A stretch of DNA of 64,000 nucleotides from an uncultured virus (IMG/VR IMGVR_UViG_3300032245_001228) (taxonomy: Duplodnaviria > Heunggongvirae > Uroviricota > Caudoviricetes), in the IMG/VR virus record IMGVR_UViG_3300032245_001228, one strand, 5' to 3'. Position 1 is the stretch's first letter, and every line of letters begins with the position of its first letter. A model generated the notes under the pieces. The model worked only from the letters and a program-made list of their open reading frames with translations. It ran no database searches and had not been told where the DNA came from. Shown here piece by piece: positions 62,101-64,000 of the stretch. Position numbers and translations under genes: made by a program.

Positions 62101-62285
62101 TCTTCTTGATTTGATATTTTATTCTCGGCTATGGTTTCAGAAACATCTATAATTTTTAAGTTATCTTTTGGACTCAGTTTTTTATTTGCAAAATATGCGA
62201 GTCCCGCTGCGTTATAGGGTACGACATTGCCAATCTTTATAGCTTCTTCATTCCCTAAGGCGGTTATATTTTCAAATATTTTCAT
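56151..62285 (-). CDS. Very large structural protein with internal peptidoglycan-binding domain
   Basis: 2044 aa; WRVGSKHPYV...AAVKQFQ...DGVVDSET (PGBD-like, about 59245-59495). Confidence 0.65.
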   Translation of the reverse strand: MKIFENITALGNEEAIKIGNVVPYNAAGLAYFANKKLSPKDNLKIIDVSETIAENKISNQEETKFLYANELGILQDENGNADVYSSDITISDIALSKNFITERIYPDKINETDFLHYYYVSKFFVIAPTGYSIIDLDDYYDISFYKNINIKVLDSQNQEYVDKNSLRKKYKILLEPYITETNSTNSEIPYRIIIGLDSSDPVNLKLVYDKVVCDSNGEVLSQNLRYTETINAVSLYTQIAEEAQVISKNNKKVFSIKKLNKKYSDIFTHNLDYSSHQVFVPRKALFDNRTYEAFNWRVVARVNQSVNFDIVDNSKNAEESGEIKQRTINVGVLYDSNDTTSLENIKPYVFYRLEKSSFNLSKYVFQNPKVESGFWIQSIEGGKPNKSEARYWMVDIQSVDNLDDYDILSFAPTSRLSEKATNILTNYITIKNGTLLVDASSYPGDVPFIFSDIKIKKQDVSAAVVASYYEYIESSVLDENKNGGWNIDSTIFNKPQYGLFGIKKANYRYLDLTNTDKSFLNIGISSSSKNSVGATFTFGATGDKLAQGNIIFTSFSFLEYCNTVYNTADTPSITDLNIGPVAYDQQNYLQMPGFVEGPFKLLYNSVAYALYSSSQLSKKVDIRPSLYNFVGPWESSWVMDQDVLFDDEKSKYFTNVSSNSSVIKYARDLIPNKDSIVKYYLEKVTQSIPSSVSSHIINPTVLANNTDFYIEITNPDVIVSSPAKISNLSEVKITNSSLENFPTSYFIYKIVDKDQKIFALTEKKSNPLHIPSGYGTYALREMKEIKVGGTRAINSSITPSAYFKSYPFSLATRYSRVSTSEKSIAFSGTLRTKLNLEYTADAALRSVSIIGIVTRNYAFKNKIITHPSPSEPDVNVPGVDVEAVPCTDIVSAREILISGRQNILSDLTLTNFKNFEYTWDIDVAQSGYPLETWRVGSKHPYVRYIKVMMQVSGLYNMKAKTEDNNTYTAALSAAVKQFQTKVGTGQVGAGLVPRVKLLYPPDGVVDSETKSLMAYVLRFWRVNEPIYYNNVINLAQQYGVAQFPEAVFKQISASEINSGNPYRRISFTGNVSASPTTIEDFIFFAIPQPEKYEKVRNVTIKFEGAPWNKVKIVGYGYTDSNPINVGTTKIASNAIYKSYKVHKANAPAIDSANNITIPINAPTSTCRYMFVRIQTNGKQLGGKYGNLAEGFGILSITADVTTPATTKRPDDIIEDQILDFNEIHQAFPSINKPAIEELAQFWLLDKDGNPDPNLSWLSSPREDGSSLATSLDKHLIYTTLENKFYGWDNDNSKWVEDLVYIEQPSEADPELIEIVNVVKDFDEISRDIVYKDKIQTTKLKINAIGYLTESFENLSALSPINREYNLSYLNGKNILLDSIEYTYLGKRYTRTFNPQLAVNDSSLNNLVNKLIVQDPNAIDTITNKGITVDFTKVSSASIDINNSVQILEINSSSDGQTVNANSVLTITYGGSIPDRITIGSQQTTSVSLATSASYYGDSKTYISEEKIVNDFQLITTNGGIIGKLDSVTANDGIVLLSDVNGKPVGIPTPGEVRNEIAIITLYDPSLKFDINYGYVSVNNKLFKDEGLFYGFYDKNEQEFIGKLISYNEIITRGVNNIYLAVMAYDADGNISDKVDYVGVQSTNTFKPVNISPKMITPVYSVKYKNSTAIKVAEMSDAASGKEAWPLRVTVGSFNKIVPITRDYIYTDWKSKYVNQYLYCTYDTSEAILDGKFSRIFGENCKDINNEIPTIVSTDRIKLRHTPILHYTMAIEDEVESVVPAIVPAVSIYIRASESATWSKIPNYLIKDIDAENGIIEFEEQIISSDPSLIKVDYTIKDSTIWMYQVEGEEIPLNPFLNKDKIDNNKPLYIYLMPTKINILNTPVHIMLEGFEPQPSTTTKIPVTEYNNSYPVHFTYDPSIFDKMSHKYNPIALPIGIIYTTNNPEQKSVDIYDVRIKGGGVTSDIDSYTTLSQIDGTHAYWDMYSVSPRAYPKGGYVAIRIPDGVKSNFTNIEEIYDIVNRNITAGVSFEIQNLDGITWTTKNYE

Positions 62286-64000
62286 TATGATTCCTCATAG
62301 CCAATTCTGCCATTAGGCGTTGCAATTGTATTTGGAGTTGATCCAAATAACCCCATCTGGTATTGGTCGTAATAATTAATAGGAACCCACTTAGGAGGAG
62401 TCCAGTTGAGCTTCCCAGAAGGTGTTGCACTGTAATCTTGGTTAATTAAATTGTAAGTGAAATTTGGAGTAGCCATAATATCCAAATCGTTACTTGTGGT
62501 TATATAGTACCCAGGCAGCACTGTTTCTTCATTTAAATATTGAACGTTGTCAAATCTTTCATACCAGTATGAAACGTCTCCAAAATTAATATTTGGAGTA
62601 GATGACGGAGTTGCGGCCAACTCTGTTTCCAAGGCGACAAACCAATATCCTGGATTATTTCTTGGCTGACTATAGAAAGGACCAATTGAGAAATTGCCTA
62701 GATTATCTGCGTACACGTAGCCAGAATTAAGATTTCTTCCTGGAGTACTTGCGTTGACACTGTAATCTACGTTCTCAAGTAGGTCGTAGAATGTTCTAGC
62801 CTTTCTCCAGTAAATTATAGGAGTTGCAGACAATGGAGTATTCCCCTGTCTTATGTAACCCTTAATATAGTTATCGCTTAATCCATCTGCCTCTATTATT
62901 GGCTTAGCTGCAACTGCACTTAATTTATAATCTGGATTATAATTTTGAATAAATTCAATATTGGTTCCAAATATAAATGATCCAGAATCACTATTGTCAT
63001 GTGCATATAGTGAAGGGTATGAAATGCCAGACACAATTAGCGATGCGTATAGACTATTTGTTGGAACGCCTGTGAATCTTAACTTTGTTTTTGCTACACC
63101 ATATTTATTTGTAGTTAAGTATTCATCTTCCATTTCTAAAAGATCGCTAGAAATTCTAAAGGTTTGATATGGTTTAAAGTTACCAACTTGATCATAAGAT
63201 GTTATTGTTAAGTAAATTAAATCATCTGTATTTTTAGATATTCCATTTGGCGTAATTTCAACAACTGCAGTATAGAAGTCATATTCGTCATCTGATACAT
63301 AAACATAACCTTCTTCAACTGGAAGTTCTGCGTTATTTAAATAGAGACCAAGTGGAGTGGATGTTTCTTGAATTGCTGATTCATATGTTATTTCATATGA
63401 TGCAGTAGAATTTGGAGTAGCGGAGAAATATACTTTTGCAACATATTCATCTTTTGTTTCAGAATAAACATTTCTATCTATATAGAATGCTTTTGCAAGG
63501 GCATAGTTAACTGTGTATTCTCTTCCTGGAATAAGAATGCTTCCACCAGTTGCTGCGCTATTATAGACCATTATCCTATTTGCTGTATAAGAATACTTGT
63601 CTTCACCGCTAACTATAAAGTCTGCAGTAGTTATTAAGAATTCTCCCTCGGCATATAGTGGAATATATCCTGTTGTTCCTGGTGTAGCTGTTTCTGAAGC
63701 AATCGACCAGACATAATATTCTGGGTTAAGTGGAGATTTTGTTAAGACTTTTCCTGTATAATTATCTTTTATTGTTATATCTTTTATGTTCAAATGTGAT
63801 ACATACAAAGCTTTTTCATCTGAACCATACAGAATTTCTTCGTTGGCAAATATAATATTTCCAGGAGTTGCTGGATCAGAGAATGCCATTTGCTCAAGAT
63901 CAAAAGATAAGTCACCTTCCAGCACATTGACTAGAACTGGTGCACCATGTCTTGGTATGTTTCCTAATTCTATATTAAAGTAATTTCCTGAGTATGATTC
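62285..64000 (-). CDS. Structural protein with Ig-like segments and dispersed [AS]TP motifs (5' end outside the window)
   Basis: Frame stays open past the 63925 GTG to the window edge (ESYSGNYFNIELGNIPRHGAPVLVN). Confidence 0.7.
   Translation of the reverse strand, partial: ESYSGNYFNIELGNIPRHGAPVLVNVLEGDLSFDLEQMAFSDPATPGNIIFANEEILYGSDEKALYVSHLNIKDITIKDNYTGKVLTKSPLNPEYYVWSIASETATPGTTGYIPLYAEGEFLITTADFIVSGEDKYSYTANRIMVYNSAATGGSILIPGREYTVNYALAKAFYIDRNVYSETKDEYVAKVYFSATPNSTASYEITYESAIQETSTPLGLYLNNAELPVEEGYVYVSDDEYDFYTAVVEITPNGISKNTDDLIYLTITSYDQVGNFKPYQTFRISSDLLEMEDEYLTTNKYGVAKTKLRFTGVPTNSLYASLIVSGISYPSLYAHDNSDSGSFIFGTNIEFIQNYNPDYKLSAVAAKPIIEADGLSDNYIKGYIRQGNTPLSATPIIYWRKARTFYDLLENVDYSVNASTPGRNLNSGYVYADNLGNFSIGPFYSQPRNNPGYWFVALETELAATPSSTPNINFGDVSYWYERFDNVQYLNEETVLPGYYITTSNDLDIMATPNFTYNLINQDYSATPSGKLNWTPPKWVPINYYDQYQMGLFGSTPNTIATPNGRIGYEES

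Noticed and set aside
1..64000. tRNA/rRNA genes or stop-codon reassignment
   Set aside because: No cloverleaf seen in the short intergenic gaps; TAA, TAG and TGA all end genes at tight junctions.

Overview
AT-rich, densely coded segment of a large dsDNA tailed phage, almost all on the minus strand. The host is probably an actinobacterium, inferred from an actinobacterial-type ferredoxin, an MSMEG_6728-like glycosylase, Thr-rich exported proteins and leaderless extended -10 promoters. Left to right: (1) two candidate effector genes, one with an OspF/LanKC-like phospho-Thr/Ser lyase domain (missed by the ORF track) and one with an Arr-like ADP-ribosyltransferase domain; (2) a plus-strand block with a HiPIP-like protein, ferredoxin, small membrane/lipoproteins and an ATP-grasp-like protein; (3) three large envelope-directed proteins (a mucin-like membrane-anchored beta-helix protein and two M15-type cell-wall proteins); (4) a GT17/GT2/methyltransferase/2OG-dioxygenase cluster; (5) an array of about 14 tiny Lys-rich proteins around an M15 endolysin; (6) a replication and nucleotide module (sigma factor, DnaE, AEP-PriL primase, DnaB, Cas4-like nucleases, RNase H, dNMP kinase, dCMP deaminase, ThyX, NrdJ) with three more glycosyltransferase-like genes embedded; (7) large structural proteins. 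Several genes carry frameshifts that look like sequencing indels. The best leads are the lyase/ART effector pair and a possible phage-encoded protein glycosylation system. All family assignments come from motifs recognised by eye; no searches were run.
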